Shown here: piece after piece, positions 63,407-64,000 of the stretch
Layout of the letters: each line of letters begins with the position of its first letter
How positions within the stretch are numbered: position 1 is the first letter of the stretch
DNA from: an uncultured Acidobacteriota bacterium
GTDB taxonomy: Bacteria > Acidobacteriota > Thermoanaerobaculia > UBA5066 > Gp7-AA6
Direction: 5' to 3'
DNA: 64,000 bases
Assembly (NCBI GenBank): GCA_963805495.1
Contig: CAWDUQ010000002.1
Coordinates: 17,244-81,243 of the forward strand
Position numbers and translations under genes: made by a program
Notes under the pieces: generated by a model
Database searches by the model: none
What the model was told of the DNA's origin: nothing
The model's input: the letters and a program-made list of their open reading frames with translations, nothing else

Positions 63407-64000
63407 TCAGTCGAGCGAGTGCTCGTTCGAGCGCGCGATCTCGATCGCCTTGCGGTAGCGGGGATCGCCGCGCAGGTTGTCGAGGTCGTCGTCGTGGCGG
63501 AGCGTCCCCGACGCGTCGAAGCCGGCGTCGAGGGCCTTGTAGAGCCATTCGAACGCCGGGTCCTTCTGGTCGAGACGCGCGTAGCCGCAGGCCAGGTTGT
63601 ACATGGTCTCGGGTTTCCGGTAGCCGAGGCCGAGGGCCTTCTGGAAGGGCTCGATCGCGGCCTCGGGCCGGTCGCCGGCGAGCTCCGAGAATCCCCAGTT
63701 GTAGTAGGCGCGTCCACTCCCGGGGTTCGCCTCGGCGTACGTCTGGAAGCGCCTGGCGGCTTCGCGCCACTTCGTGCGCTCGCCGCGGGAGCCCGCGTTC
63801 CACCATCCGCGGTTGTAGCTCGGCAGCTCGAGAGCGCGCGCCTGCTTCTTGAGCTCCGCAAAGCGCGCGTCGCCGTGGAGGCCGTCGAGATCGTCGTCGT
63901 GGGCGAGCGTGTCGGGCTGATCGAACCCGGCGTCGAGGGCCTTCCGGAGCGAGTCGAAGGCGCGGTCCTTCTGGCCGGCGAGCGCCAGGGCGCAGGCCTG
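63407..64000 (-). CDS. TPR-like protein, 3' part (partial; continues beyond the window end)
   Basis: The frame is open from 64000 to TGA at 63407-63409. It reads ..CALALAGQKDRAFDSLRKALDAGFDQPDTLAHDDDLDGLHGDARF.. and then ..YNLACGYARLDQKDPAFEWLYKALDAGFDASGTLRHDDDLDNLRGDPRY... This is an internal duplication of a TPR end-cap-like module, which is also seen in the N-terminus of 8016-9719. Confidence 0.6.
   Translation of the reverse strand, partial: QACALALAGQKDRAFDSLRKALDAGFDQPDTLAHDDDLDGLHGDARFAELKKQARALELPSYNRGWWNAGSRGERTKWREAARRFQTYAEANPGSGRAYYNWGFSELAGDRPEAAIEPFQKALGLGYRKPETMYNLACGYARLDQKDPAFEWLYKALDAGFDASGTLRHDDDLDNLRGDPRYRKAIEIARSNEHSLD

Overview
This is a 64-kb, visibly very GC-rich bacterial chromosomal window with about 60 protein-coding genes. 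I recognised no rRNA, tRNA or CRISPR array. The gene content (an FtsX/ADOP-type permease tail, many TPR, FG-GAP and SLH-tagged secreted proteins, and a form I CO dehydrogenase) fits an Acidobacteriota-like lineage, but that is inference only.

Layout:
- 0.1-8 kb: a dense type II toxin-antitoxin (TA) patch, interleaved with a DEAD-box helicase and a YdjM-like membrane hydrolase. It holds RelE/Phd, AbrB-PIN with a frameshifted PIN, a nucleotidyltransferase+XRE pair, and two divergent RHH-MazF modules.
- 8-35 kb: mixed metabolic, transport and secreted proteins. These include three paralogous proteins carrying an SLH module with a GCGGGN(Y/F)CP motif; one of them has 7 propeller-like repeats.
- 35.7-40.9 kb: a two-component system divergent from a CpxP/Spy-like gene, plus envelope proteins.
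- 40.9-48.5 kb: an aerobic form I CO dehydrogenase cluster (mocA-like, xdhC-YHS fusion, coxD, coxE, coxMSL). CoxL carries the AYRCSFR loop.
- 48.5-51.2 kb: LysR, MBL, ABM and DinB genes.
- 51.5-60 kb: an MdtABC-type RND pump translationally coupled to an amidohydrolase.
- 60.0-61.1 kb: an IS200/Y1 (RAYT-like) transposase with inverted repeats.
- 61.1-63.3 kb: ahpCD divergent from oxyR.

The strongest signal not explained by genes is two families of short interspersed elements sitting at gene ends.
- Family 1 has GGGGTCAG / CTGACCCC termini and 8-nt periodic CTGA-type words. Its terminus matches the inverted repeats of the RAYT-like gene.
- Family 2 is a 25-nt unit, GTAG plus an 8-bp stem and 5-nt loop. 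There are 10 copies with compensatory stem changes, mostly in inverted pairs.
- Several genes end inside these elements or read through them.

At least five conserved genes look frameshifted, which may reflect assembly indels rather than biology. All functional calls rest on motif recognition by eye; no database search was run.
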